DNA of 57,578 nt from the IMG/VR virus record IMGVR_UViG_3300045988_152398; one strand, given 5' to 3'. Source of the stretch: a virus. The notes below the pieces were generated by a model. It saw nothing but the letters and a program-made list of their open reading frames with translations, was not told the DNA's origin and did not search any database. Of this stretch, positions 9,247-17,441 are shown piece after piece. A program made the translations under genes and the position numbers. Each line of letters starts with the position of its first letter. Position 1 is the stretch's first letter.

Positions 9247-9504
9247 ATGAAACACCTAAATAAGATTGAAAGCAAGGCAAGTGAAACAAAGTTGTACCGT
9301 GTTTTGATAGGTTCGGTACTGTTTGTAGCGTCACACCTGACCGAAACAGCAATGGCGGTTGACATTGCAGTAATGTTCTTCCTCATCAATTCATTTGATA
9401 AGGCGGTAGTGCCGTTTAATATCACAATGATATGCGAAATTATTTGCGGTTTACTGTTGTTTGCGTTGGTAAAAATCAAAATGTTAGAGGGGGGCGAAAA
9501 ATGA
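9247..9504 (+). CDS. small membrane protein
   Basis: Three hydrophobic segments. RBS AAAGAAAGAGGTAA. Confidence 0.6.
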   Translation: MKHLNKIESKASETKLYRVLIGSVLFVASHLTETAMAVDIAVMFFLINSFDKAVVPFNITMICEIICGLLLFALVKIKMLEGGEK

Positions 9505-9701
9505 AGCGTGTAGAAAACGAATGTGTAGGTTGCCCCGCAGAAATTGGTTGTGCGGGGGGAACTTGCCCATATAGCAAGGTCATACACTATTATTGTGACA
9601 ATTGCAGAGAAGAAAAACAGCTTTACGAATACGACGGGGAAGAACTCTGCATTGATTGTATAAAAGAAAGGCTTGATAAGGTGAGTGATTATGATATTTG
9701 A
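9501..9701 (+). CDS. Cys-rich small protein
   Basis: ATG at 9501 (ATGA coupling). CVGC..C..C..CDNC..CIDC. Confidence 0.6.
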   Translation: MKRVENECVGCPAEIGCAGGTCPYSKVIHYYCDNCREEKQLYEYDGEELCIDCIKERLDKVSDYDI

Positions 9702-10032
9702 TTGCATTTGCGAAATTTGTTCAAAGCCGTTTCAAGCGGGTTCATCAAACGCCCTTTATTGTCCGAACTGTAAGCTGAAACAAGATACTATTATTGAAAA
9801 AAAGCGGCAGGAACGACTTGAAAAGAAGAAAGAAAAACAGGAAAAAGCAAGACGCAGACCATTTACTAAAGATACAGGATATTTGATTTGTGTTTATAGC
9901 TATTGTGGTGACAGCGTAAAGCAGATTGCGGAGGATTTAGATAGAGATGAAAAAATTATAAAAGACTATCTGAAATCAGCAAAGGAAAGCGGATATTACG
10001 ACACGGTGGTTGAGTTTTATAAAAAACTATGA
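9691..10032 (+). CDS. zinc-ribbon protein with basic linker
   Basis: CICEIC..(13)..CPNC. KKRQERLEKKKEKQEKARRR. Confidence 0.55.
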   Translation: MIFDCICEICSKPFQAGSSNALYCPNCKLKQDTIIEKKRQERLEKKKEKQEKARRRPFTKDTGYLICVYSYCGDSVKQIAEDLDRDEKIIKDYLKSAKESGYYDTVVEFYKKL

Positions 10033-10043
10033 GAGGTGAAACA

Positions 10044-10358
10044 ATGACAATAACTGAAAATGATGTATTCCGTAAACTTTGCGAAACTGCGGTGAGGGTT
10101 TGTATTTGTAGTCCAATATTGAGCGTACCTGCATTGTCACGAATATTAAATGCAAGTACATATGCCGTCAGAAAGCATATTAAGAGCCTTGTTAGTAAAG
10201 GATTGGTTGCATTGGACTATGACGGTGGAATCGACGAGGACGGTTATCCGTATTGCTACAAAGGATATTGCATTACAGACAAAGCACTTGAAACTGAAAT
10301 ATACAAAAAAGAAAATGAGCGTGAAATGAAATACATTGATGAACTATTGAGGAAGTAA
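10044..10358 (+). CDS. winged-HTH protein
   Basis: LSRILNASTYAVRKHIKSLVSKGLV. ATG at 10044 follows GAGAGGTGA. Confidence 0.5.
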   Translation: MTITENDVFRKLCETAVRVCICSPILSVPALSRILNASTYAVRKHIKSLVSKGLVALDYDGGIDEDGYPYCYKGYCITDKALETEIYKKENEREMKYIDELLRK

Positions 10359-10363
10359 TAAAA

Positions 10364-10720
10364 ATGAGTAAAAGAAAATCAATTTCAAAAGCTACAAGGC
10401 TTAAAGTTTATGAAAAATACAACGGTCATTGTGCTTATTGTGGTTGCACACTCACTTTAAAGGAAATGCAAGTTGACCATATACAGAGCGTGTATTGGTA
10501 TAACGGTGCAAACGATATTGAAAATTATAATCCTGCTTGCAGAATGTGTAATTTTTACAAGTCAACAATGACAATTGAAGATTTTAGGAAGCAGTTAGGC
10601 AAATTGCTTTCAAGGTTAGAAAAGGTTTTTATTTTTCGTTTGGCAAAGAAATACGGGTTAATCAAAGAAACACAAGAACCCATTAAGTTTTATTTTGAAG
10701 GAGTAAGAACAGATGATTAG
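10364..10720 (+). CDS. HNH endonuclease
   Basis: CAYCG..QVDHIQS..N..ACRMCNFYK. Confidence 0.8.
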   Translation: MSKRKSISKATRLKVYEKYNGHCAYCGCTLTLKEMQVDHIQSVYWYNGANDIENYNPACRMCNFYKSTMTIEDFRKQLGKLLSRLEKVFIFRLAKKYGLIKETQEPIKFYFEGVRTDD

Positions 10721-10835
10721 AGTTTTTTGTAACAAGTGTGGTAATTTTATTTTTTTCGACAATAAAGACAACGATTTGTATAACTACTGCCCTTATTGCG
10801 GTGCGAAAATGGAGGGAAAGGGTGATGAAAAATGA
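10713..10835 (+). CDS. 40-aa zinc-ribbon peptide
   Basis: Own translation MIRVFCNKCGNF...YCPYCGAKMEG. Confidence 0.45.
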   Translation: MIRVFCNKCGNFIFFDNKDNDLYNYCPYCGAKMEGKGDEK

Positions 10836-10999
10836 ATGGAACAACCCTCGGTAAATATTACGAATTTTATAACCTTGATGATTATTACCGTGAAGATGAT
10901 GAAGTTTTACCAAGACCCTGCAAAGTTATCGGCAAACCTTGTGGAGCAAAAATTTACAAAAAGCACACATACTTTCATTGCCGAAGTATGTTGAGATAA
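10832..10999 (+). CDS. hypothetical small protein (55 aa)
   Basis: Own translation MNGTTLGKYYEFYNLDDYY.... ATGA coupling. Confidence 0.4.
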   Translation: MNGTTLGKYYEFYNLDDYYREDDEVLPRPCKVIGKPCGAKIYKKHTYFHCRSMLR

Positions 11000-11012
11000 G
11001 GAGTGATATAGA

Positions 11013-11198
11013 ATGAGAGAAGTTACAATAGGAGATTTTGTAGAAACAATTCACGATATTAACGGTATTTTAACAGCCGTAAAAAGGGGTTATTATGGTT
11101 TAACTGTCTTTGGTTTAATTGCCTTTATTGCGACCGCTGATGGACGAATATTTTATTGTCCCGTTGGTGATTTAAAAGATTGTATTTATAAGGAGTGA
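11013..11198 (+). CDS. hypothetical small protein
   Basis: ORF track. AAGGAG RBS. Confidence 0.55.
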   Translation: MREVTIGDFVETIHDINGILTAVKRGYYGLTVFGLIAFIATADGRIFYCPVGDLKDCIYKE

Positions 11199-11242
11199 TA
11201 CAGAATGATAAATAAAATCAGACACAAATTGTTTTGTATTAA

Positions 11243-11704
11243 ATGGCTTTGGAAAAACAGAAAGTGGAAAAATACAAGGCAGAAGTACAAGACTATGGAG
11301 AAAGATTGGGAAAGGAAGTGCAAAAAATGATTGATTGTTCAAAGACTATAAACTATCTTCTTGAAAGAAATAGAATGTGCGATTTTCACGGTGGTTGTGA
11401 AGAATGTCCTTTGTACAATGTAACGGACAAGAAAAATATGTTTGATAACTGCGATATGATTGAAGAAAAATTTCCTGATAAGGCTATCACAATTGTGCAG
11501 GAATGGTCAGACGAACACCAAAAGAAAACCTATTTGAGTGAGTTTTTGAAACATTATCCGAATGCTCTGCTTAGAACAGACGGAATACCTAAATTTATTT
11601 GTCCTCATCATTTAGGATTAAAGAGTGATTGTGAGAATGAAGGTAGCAACAACTGCGTAAAATGTTGGAATCAGCTGTTGCCCGATGAAGAAGGTGAAAA
11701 ATAA
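11243..11704 (+). CDS. Cys-rich hypothetical protein
   Basis: ORF track. Start is uncertain. An alternative ATG at 11327 follows GAAAGGAAG and overlaps the stop of a 41-codon ORF (11205-11330) that has a strong RBS. Confidence 0.5.
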   Translation: MALEKQKVEKYKAEVQDYGERLGKEVQKMIDCSKTINYLLERNRMCDFHGGCEECPLYNVTDKKNMFDNCDMIEEKFPDKAITIVQEWSDEHQKKTYLSEFLKHYPNALLRTDGIPKFICPHHLGLKSDCENEGSNNCVKCWNQLLPDEEGEK

Positions 11705-11883
11705 TGATATACAAAGGTTATGAAATACAGCAATTACCTGACAATATTATCACAATTAAAAAGAATAATGAAACGGTGATTACCTCATTTGTAACAAAAA
11801 AGTTTACTGACGAGGAATTGAAAGAGCATTTGGATTGGTTCATAGCCAACAATAAGTTAGGAGCGATACATAATGACCCTTGA
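11704..11883 (+). CDS. hypothetical small protein (59 aa)
   Basis: Own translation MIYKGYEIQQLPDN.... TAATG coupling. The antisense track ORF 11718..12050 is judged spurious. Confidence 0.45.
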   Translation: MIYKGYEIQQLPDNIITIKKNNETVITSFVTKKFTDEELKEHLDWFIANNKLGAIHNDP

Positions 11884-12028
11884 AGAATTAAAAACTGAAA
11901 TATCCGAACGCATAGAAAGCGAACAGGAAAAGCAAGGAAAATACATAGAGAAAAAAAGCCGAAAAGATAAGCACTATTACATAAGCGAGGGAATGATGAA
12001 GTGCTTGAATAGGAATGTAGGAGTGTAG
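11873..12028 (+). CDS. hypothetical small protein (51 aa)
   Basis: Own translation MTLEELKTEISERIE.... AGGAG RBS. Confidence 0.45.
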   Translation: MTLEELKTEISERIESEQEKQGKYIEKKSRKDKHYYISEGMMKCLNRNVGV

Positions 12029-12032
12029 CTAA

Positions 12033-12437
12033 ATGCGAGAACTTGAACAATGTTTAGAGTTGAGAAGAAAAATCAACGGTATCAATGAGCGGATAGAGGA
12101 ATTAAGGTCAAGCATTGAAACACCAAAATGTCAAATTTTATCCGATATGCCAAAGGGTGGCGGTGAACGCAACACCATTGAAGAATATATTATTAAATTG
12201 GAGCGTTTGGAGCAAAAAAAAGCGGTTATTGAGCAACACCTTGTGTCGAATTGGCGTACTATATCGGCAGACCTTAAACAAAACGGCGTATTTGATGATG
12301 TTATACTAATGCTGAAATACCGTTTTTTCTACGGCTACAGGTGGAAAAAGTGTGCCGTACATATGCAATGGAATGAAAACAAATGCTTCCGTGAATACAG
12401 GGCTTTTCTATCAAAAATGCACAAAAAGGATAACTAA
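12033..12437 (+). CDS. late-gene transcriptional regulator (ArpU/RinA/DUF1492 class)
   Basis: SDMPKGGGERNTIEEYI motif plus a C-terminal HTH-like region. Located immediately upstream of terS, as in Gram-positive phages. Confidence 0.6.
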   Translation: MRELEQCLELRRKINGINERIEELRSSIETPKCQILSDMPKGGGERNTIEEYIIKLERLEQKKAVIEQHLVSNWRTISADLKQNGVFDDVILMLKYRFFYGYRWKKCAVHMQWNENKCFREYRAFLSKMHKKDN

Positions 12438-12456
12438 ATTTTGTGATAATTTCACA

Positions 12457-12485
12457 TTGAAAAAAAGTTAATATTATACTATAAT
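12457..12485 (+). promoter_or_regulatory. near-consensus promoter TTGAAA-17-TATAAT
   Basis: 12457-12462 and 12480-12485. Lies 20 nt after the regulator's stop codon. Confidence 0.7.
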
Positions 12486-12491
12486 AGTATT

Positions 12492-12616
12492 ATGTAATAA
12501 TGCAAAGTTATTACAGGATTTTTCACCTTGTAATGTATCAACATTACTGATTTAATTACTTCTTTCTTTAATTCAAAAAAACCGCCTTTCGGTAATCCGA
12601 TTAGGTGGTTTTTTTG
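12492..12616 (+). ncRNA. ORF-less ~125-nt transcript ending in a strong intrinsic terminator
   Basis: Hairpins 12493-12515 and 12530-12547. Terminator stem 12581-12609 followed by U7. Only a 16-codon ORF lies inside. Confidence 0.45.
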
Positions 12617-12737
12617 TGCATTTTTTTCCTTTGTAAAACACGGTTTATTATGGAATTGACACTTCTTTATGCCAAGTGGGTGGGGGCGATTTGTCACAAA
12701 GGAAATTATCTTCAAATAAGGGGGTGAGCCTGAAACT

Positions 12738-13295
12738 ATGAATAATATTGATTGGGATAAAATCAGAGAAGAATACATAAACACAAACGCTACATACAAA
12801 AGCCTTGCGGAAAAATACGATATTCCGTTTTACCGATTGAAAAGGCAAGCGTCAAGCGAAAAATGGTTTGACGAGAAGAAAAAAGTACAGCCCGCAGGGG
12901 AAAGAGGTCTTAACAATAACCTTGTTCCAATGAGTGAACGAAGCATAGAAGAAGCCCGTGCAATAGGGCGAAAAGGTGGCATAAATTCAGGCAAAGCCCG
13001 CAGGCAAAGAAGAAAAGCCCGTGAATGTATGGAAGAAATCCTATCTTGTGATGTTCAAGAGGGCAAAGTTAAAGAAGCACTTAAAAAAATGGGAATTAAA
13101 GAGGAAAACATACAAAACACAATGCTTTTAATGTTTTCTCTGTTTCAAAGTGGTGTTAAAACAGGTGACGCAGGAACGGTCAAGACTATCCTTGAAATTG
13201 CAGGAGATATGGATATTCAGCAGGAACAGCAAGCACCTACAATTAATATAAATGTGTCAGCGGCGACGCAGGAAGATATAGAAGATGATTATTAG
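12738..13295 (+). CDS. terS: terminase small subunit
   Basis: N-terminal HTH (YKSLAEKYDIPFYRLKRQASSEKW), basic centre, position at the head of the late operon. Confidence 0.7.
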   Translation: MNNIDWDKIREEYINTNATYKSLAEKYDIPFYRLKRQASSEKWFDEKKKVQPAGERGLNNNLVPMSERSIEEARAIGRKGGINSGKARRQRRKARECMEEILSCDVQEGKVKEALKKMGIKEENIQNTMLLMFSLFQSGVKTGDAGTVKTILEIAGDMDIQQEQQAPTININVSAATQEDIEDDY

Positions 13296-13312
13296 CGAAA
13301 GGGGGTGAGAAT

Positions 13313-13483
13313 ATGGCAACAGTTAAGCAGAATATTGCAAGAGCCACAGGTGCAGGAAGTGCGGCTACACAGTACAAAAAGTCAGCCCGTGTTTCAGCCC
13401 GTGCGTTTGGTCTTGCGGGTAAATTCGGTGCAAGAGGTAGAGCGGCGGCTAAAAAAGGCAATGTTGGAAGTATGGGAGGTTAA
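13313..13483 (+). CDS. 56-aa Ala/Gly/Lys/Arg-rich protein
   Basis: Own translation MATVKQNIARATGAGSAATQYKKSARVS.... GGGGGTGA RBS. Preferred over the overlapping track ORF 13305..13496. Confidence 0.45.
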   Translation: MATVKQNIARATGAGSAATQYKKSARVSARAFGLAGKFGARGRAAAKKGNVGSMGG

Positions 13484-13488
13484 TAAGT

Positions 13489-14151
13489 GTGAGTAACTTA
13501 TTATTCGACCCTATTAAAACGCAAGCAAGCGTAACGGATAGTGTTATTGTCGCTTTTTCGGGCGGTAAAGATAGCATTGTTACGCTTGATTTGTGTTTCC
13601 GTTATTTTAAAAGGGTCGTTCCGTTTTTTATGTATCTTGTACCTGACTTAGAATTTCAAGAAAAATTGTTAAGGCAGTACGAAAAGAGATACAACACGGA
13701 AATCATACGCATACCGCATTTTGAATGTTCAAATTTTCTAAAATACGGAAGTTTTACCTTGTATGATGATAATGTTGATATTGTAGGCATTAAAGATACA
13801 TATGAGTATTTAAGAGAAAAGACGGGCATACATTGGATTGCCGCAGGAGAGCGGGCAAAAGACAGTATTGTAAGAAATGCTATGATTAAGAAAAGCGGTA
13901 GCATAGATTACAAAAGAGGACGCTTTTATCCCGTTGCCTATTGGAGCAAACAGGAAATATTACACTACATAAAACTGAAAAAGCTATATTTAAGCCCTGA
14001 ACAGAAAAAGTTAGGGTTTTCTTTTCGTAGTTTAGCAGGTAGTGAATTATCCGCTATTAAGGATATGTACCCTAAAGACTATGAGAAGATATTGAAAGTC
14101 TATCCGTTCGCAGGTGCAGGAGTTGAACGGTTTGAAAAATACGGACTATAA
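13489..14151 (+). CDS. PP-loop ATPase of the PAPS-reductase/DndC/IbrA family
   Basis: VAFSGGKDS PP-loop motif. ~220 aa. GTG start 8 nt after GGGAGG. Confidence 0.75.
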   Translation: MSNLLFDPIKTQASVTDSVIVAFSGGKDSIVTLDLCFRYFKRVVPFFMYLVPDLEFQEKLLRQYEKRYNTEIIRIPHFECSNFLKYGSFTLYDDNVDIVGIKDTYEYLREKTGIHWIAAGERAKDSIVRNAMIKKSGSIDYKRGRFYPVAYWSKQEILHYIKLKKLYLSPEQKKLGFSFRSLAGSELSAIKDMYPKDYEKILKVYPFAGAGVERFEKYGL

Positions 14152-14166
14152 AAAGGGGGGTAAAGA

Positions 14167-14835
14167 ATGGCAAATAGTAAATATCAAAAGTTTACAATTC
14201 AAACCATAAACAGAGCTGATATTAAAAACGCCGAATATAACCCACGCATTATGGATAAGGAAGCAAAGAAAAGATTAAAAGCAGGCTTGAAAAAGCACGG
14301 GCTTGTATCTACTTTGACTTGGAACAAAAGAACAGGCAACCTTGTAGGAGGACACCAAAGGCTTGAACAGCTTGACGCATTAGAGAAGAACAAGGACTAT
14401 TCTCTTGATGTTTGCGTTATTGATGTTGACGAAGCAGAAGAAGCCGTTTTGAATGTTCAGCTTAACAATCCGTCAATGCAGGGTGATTGGGATTTAGATA
14501 AACTTGCTTTGATTACCGAAGATTACGGCGTTGGCTTTGAAGAAATGGGATTTACGCCGTTAGATGTGGATTTAATGTTTGACGGTGACGAAAGATTTAC
14601 ACAAATGTTTGAAACCCCCGAAGCCGAAGAAGTGAAGCAGGGATTAGCGGAAGTTAAGGAAGCGAGGAAGCAAGGCAAAGAACGCCTTGAAGAACGGAAT
14701 AATATAAACTTTTATTCTGTTATCGTTTTTGAGAGCGAAGAAGCGAAAAAAGAGTTTTACAAAAAGATAAATGTTCCGATTTACGAGGAATATTTGACGG
14801 CTGATAAGATTTACAGATTGCAAGACAAAGAATAA
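14167..14835 (+). CDS. ParB/Srx N-terminal-domain protein (IbrB-like)
   Basis: YNPRIM...GLVSTLTWNKRTGNLVGGHQRLEQL. Acidic C-terminal half. Confidence 0.7.
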   Translation: MANSKYQKFTIQTINRADIKNAEYNPRIMDKEAKKRLKAGLKKHGLVSTLTWNKRTGNLVGGHQRLEQLDALEKNKDYSLDVCVIDVDEAEEAVLNVQLNNPSMQGDWDLDKLALITEDYGVGFEEMGFTPLDVDLMFDGDERFTQMFETPEAEEVKQGLAEVKEARKQGKERLEERNNINFYSVIVFESEEAKKEFYKKINVPIYEEYLTADKIYRLQDKE

Positions 14836-14861
14836 AGGCGGTTTTTACACCGCCTTTTTTG
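14834..14861 (+). terminator. intrinsic terminator
   Basis: AAAGGCGG-loop-CCGCCTTTTTT. Confidence 0.8.
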
Positions 14862-14877
14862 CTATTTTGTATTAATT

Positions 14878-14900
14878 AATGGGCGACTTTACGCCGCCCG
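14878..14900 (-). terminator. hairpin after the minus-strand cassette
   Basis: GGGCG..CGCCC lies 9 nt beyond the stop of 14908..15093. Confidence 0.45.
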
Positions 14901-14907
14901 TTTTCAT

Positions 14908-15093
14908 TCAGATTTTGATAGCGTTTGTAAAATTTGGTATGTCAATATATGAGTTTTCAACAATTAAGTCTGTTTCAGCCCAAAAATCAAATACGCTGTC
15001 AAAAATGCCGTGTGTTTTGTAAAAATCGTTGAAAACCTCTTTTGACGGTACTATTTCGCCTGTTTCTTTGTTCATTAAGTAAATATCATTCAT
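14908..15093 (-). CDS. hypothetical small protein (61 aa)
   Basis: Internal ATG (MNDIYLMNKETGE...) follows GGGGG. Confidence 0.55.
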   Translation of the reverse strand: MNDIYLMNKETGEIVPSKEVFNDFYKTHGIFDSVFDFWAETDLIVENSYIDIPNFTNAIKI

Positions 15094-15109
15094 TTTTAAA
15101 CCCCCTATA

Positions 15110-15457
15110 TTAAAAGTGTGTATATAAGCCTGTAACGCTTGTAAAGATGTCTTGAAGCATATCACAATAGCAATCATTGTATGTTTTGATTGTTTCTGTT
15201 TTTTCGTTTCTTGTGGTTACTTTACAAGTCTTATGATTTACGCTGATTTTAAAAGGTGTAAATTTGATAAATTCAATGTCGTAAAGGTCAAGACCGTTTA
15301 CCGTGATTTTTACTGTATTAGCCTTGCTTGCATTTTTACCAATGTTAAACTTGATACCGTTTTCAAGTGCTACAAAGTTTTTAGCACCTGTCATTGCTAC
15401 AAAACGAGTGCCGCCGAGCTGATTTAAGATTGTTTGTGCTGTCATTGTATTTGTCAT
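15110..15457 (-). CDS. hypothetical protein (115 aa), conserved phage/plasmid-type small protein
   Basis: Starts MTNTMTAQTILNQLGGTRFVAMTGAKNF after AGAGGTAA. The longer track ORF covers the promoter. Confidence 0.6.
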   Translation of the reverse strand: MTNTMTAQTILNQLGGTRFVAMTGAKNFVALENGIKFNIGKNASKANTVKITVNGLDLYDIEFIKFTPFKISVNHKTCKVTTRNEKTETIKTYNDCYCDMLQDIFTSVTGLYTHF

Positions 15458-15497
15458 TTTAATTACCTCTCTTTGTTTATCTTGTGTACTTATTATA
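15458..15497 (-). promoter_or_regulatory. promoter-leader cassette, copy d
   Basis: Minus-strand read: TTGAAT-16-TATAAT..AAGATAAACAAAGAGAGGTAATTAAAATG. Confidence 0.55.
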
Positions 15498-15590
15498 ACA
15501 TATTTGTAGTATAATTCAATTAGCAAAATAGCCAAACTTAAAGTAAATTCTTTGTGTATTTTGCCTATTGATATTATAACATTAAAGTGA

Positions 15591-15626
15591 TATAATATAG
15601 ATACAACAAAGAAAGAGGTATTGAAG
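15591..15626 (+). promoter_or_regulatory. promoter-leader cassette, copy b (short form)
   Basis: TTGATA-17-TATAATATAGATACAACAAAGAAAGAGGTA. Confidence 0.6.
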
Positions 15627-15821
15627 ATGAAAGTTGAATTTGCATATTTAGATGTTTGCAGAAAGCAGATAGAAGAACACACAAACACACTTTTAGACTT
15701 GCGTGATAAGTATGAAGTTGTTGTAGATGAAGAAAAGGTTACAAAACTCATAGAAGCACTTGAATATTTCAAAAGTGCATTAGAAACGACACCGATTGCA
15801 CAAGAGGGGGTAACGGTATGA
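15627..15821 (+). CDS. hypothetical small protein
   Basis: ATG at 15627 in track ORF 15621..15821. Confidence 0.55.
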   Translation: MKVEFAYLDVCRKQIEEHTNTLLDLRDKYEVVVDEEKVTKLIEALEYFKSALETTPIAQEGVTV

Positions 15822-15997
15822 CAATAAATACAAAATATGATTTAGGGCAAGAGGTGTATTATGGCGATAAATTCGACCGACAAAAAGGCGAAATCTTAGA
15901 AATAATCATTGACGGCACATTCAACAACATTCCGAAATATGTTGTTGAATATAACGGTAATATATGGGCAGAAGATGAAATCAGCGACAAAGAATAA
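15818..15997 (+). CDS. hypothetical small protein (59 aa)
   Basis: Own translation MTINTKYDLGQEVYYGDKF.... ATGA coupling. Confidence 0.5.
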   Translation: MTINTKYDLGQEVYYGDKFDRQKGEILEIIIDGTFNNIPKYVVEYNGNIWAEDEISDKE

Positions 15998-16017
15998 ATA
16001 AAAAGGCAACAGACAAA

Positions 16018-16046
16018 AGCGGTTGAGTAAATCAACCGTTTTTTTG
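16018..16046 (+). terminator. intrinsic terminator
   Basis: CGGTTGA-GTAAA-TCAACCG followed by T8. Confidence 0.8.
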
Positions 16047-16061
16047 TGTTGTTTTTAAGGG

Positions 16062-17294
16062 GTGACAATTATTGATATTGATGTAAAAGTAAATCCCGCT
16101 TATTTGCCCTATATGAACAAAAAGCAATTCACACAAATATTTTTCGGTGGTTCATCAAGCGGCAAATCTTATTTTTTAGCACAAAAGGTTGTGTTGGATA
16201 ACCTGAACGGTGCAAACTATCTTATTTGCCGTAATGTAGCAAGCACTATTAACAAATCAACCTATAACGAGGTATGCAAAGCTATATCTAATATGGGGCT
16301 TATGGCATACTACAGAATTAACAAATCAAGTATGACTATTACTTGCACCCTGAACGGGCGACAGATTTTATTTGCGGGCTTGGACGACGCAGAGAAAATC
16401 AAGTCAATAACGCCTGCTGATAGTGTTTTGCATAGGGTGTGGATAGAGGAAGCAACAGAGGTAAAGTATTCAGCCTATAAACAGCTAACAAAGCGTTTGA
16501 GAGGTCATAGCGATATTTCAAAAGGCGTTATTTTATCTTTTAACCCTATCTTAAAATCCCATTGGATATATAAAACCTTTTTTGGCGGTTGGCAAGATGA
16601 TAGAAACTACTATGAAGATGATAATTTATCAATACTCAAAACAACATACAAAGATAATTTATTTCTGACCGAAGATGATATAAAGCAGTTGGAAGATGAA
16701 ACAGACCCGTATTATTACAATGTTTATTCGTTGGGTAATTGGGGCATTTTGGGGCATATCATTTTTCAGAATTGGCGTGTTGAGGATTTAAGCGACAGGA
16801 TAAATCAATTCGATAAAATTTATATAGGTATGGACTTTGGTTGGAATGACCCGACAGCAATACTTAAACTTCATTTAGACCGAAACAGAAAAAAGATTTA
16901 TATTATCGACGAAGTATATCAACAATATATGTCGGATAATGAGCTTTTGAGAACAGCAAAAGGTTTTTGCAAAAACCAGTATGTTATATGCGACAGTGCC
17001 GAGCCAAAGATGATTGATTTTTTATCTTCTAATGATGTAAGAGCAATCGGAGCAGTAAAGGGGGCAGATAGCATAATGCGTGGAATAAGGTGGTTACAAG
17101 ACTATGAAATTATAATTGATATACATTGCCAAAACTTTAAGAATGAGATAGAAAGTTATCATTTTACAGAAGATAAATATGGTAATGTATTAGAAAAGCC
17201 CGCAGGAGGTAACGACCACCTTATGGACTGTATGCGTTATGCGTTAAATGACGATATATTAGCGGCAGAGTGTAAAGCAGGAAAACGCTTATAA
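16062..17294 (+). CDS. terL: terminase large subunit (PBSX/XtmB-like)
   Basis: Walker A FFGGSSSGKS about 30 aa from the N-terminus. Nuclease-half acidic motifs. 410 aa. Confidence 0.85.
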   Translation: MTIIDIDVKVNPAYLPYMNKKQFTQIFFGGSSSGKSYFLAQKVVLDNLNGANYLICRNVASTINKSTYNEVCKAISNMGLMAYYRINKSSMTITCTLNGRQILFAGLDDAEKIKSITPADSVLHRVWIEEATEVKYSAYKQLTKRLRGHSDISKGVILSFNPILKSHWIYKTFFGGWQDDRNYYEDDNLSILKTTYKDNLFLTEDDIKQLEDETDPYYYNVYSLGNWGILGHIIFQNWRVEDLSDRINQFDKIYIGMDFGWNDPTAILKLHLDRNRKKIYIIDEVYQQYMSDNELLRTAKGFCKNQYVICDSAEPKMIDFLSSNDVRAIGAVKGADSIMRGIRWLQDYEIIIDIHCQNFKNEIESYHFTEDKYGNVLEKPAGGNDHLMDCMRYALNDDILAAECKAGKRL

Positions 17295-17314
17295 GTGAAT
17301 TTTCTTAAAACTAA

Positions 17315-17343
17315 TTGACAAAATAATGTTATTTCGGTATAAT
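17315..17343 (+). promoter_or_regulatory. consensus promoter TTGACA-17-TATAAT
   Basis: Exact consensus hexamers at 17315-17320 and 17338-17343. Confidence 0.75.
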
Positions 17344-17441
17344 TTTCAATAGTGGATAGTGATTGCAACACGACAAAGCGGTTACTCTTGCCGCTTTCCA
17401 CTAATCTTTATTGCAAGAGCGTTTTATTAAGAGGTAAAACA

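Noticed and set aside
9159-9707. 182-aa minus-strand ORF.
   Set aside because: It is antisense to two plus-strand ORFs that have strong RBSs and sensible composition (a membrane protein and a Cys-rich protein). Its translation looks like mirror-frame noise.
11718-12050. 110-aa minus-strand ORF.
   Set aside because: It is antisense to two RBS-preceded, translationally coupled plus-strand small ORFs. No promoter or RBS is present on the minus strand.
15458-15772. Upstream 105-codon extension of the minus-strand ORF 15110..15772, and the plus-strand ORF 15152..15427.
   Set aside because: The extension covers the divergent promoter region and overlaps the plus-strand gene 15627-15821. The internal ATG at 15457 has the conserved AGAGGTAA RBS. 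The plus-strand ORF is antisense noise.
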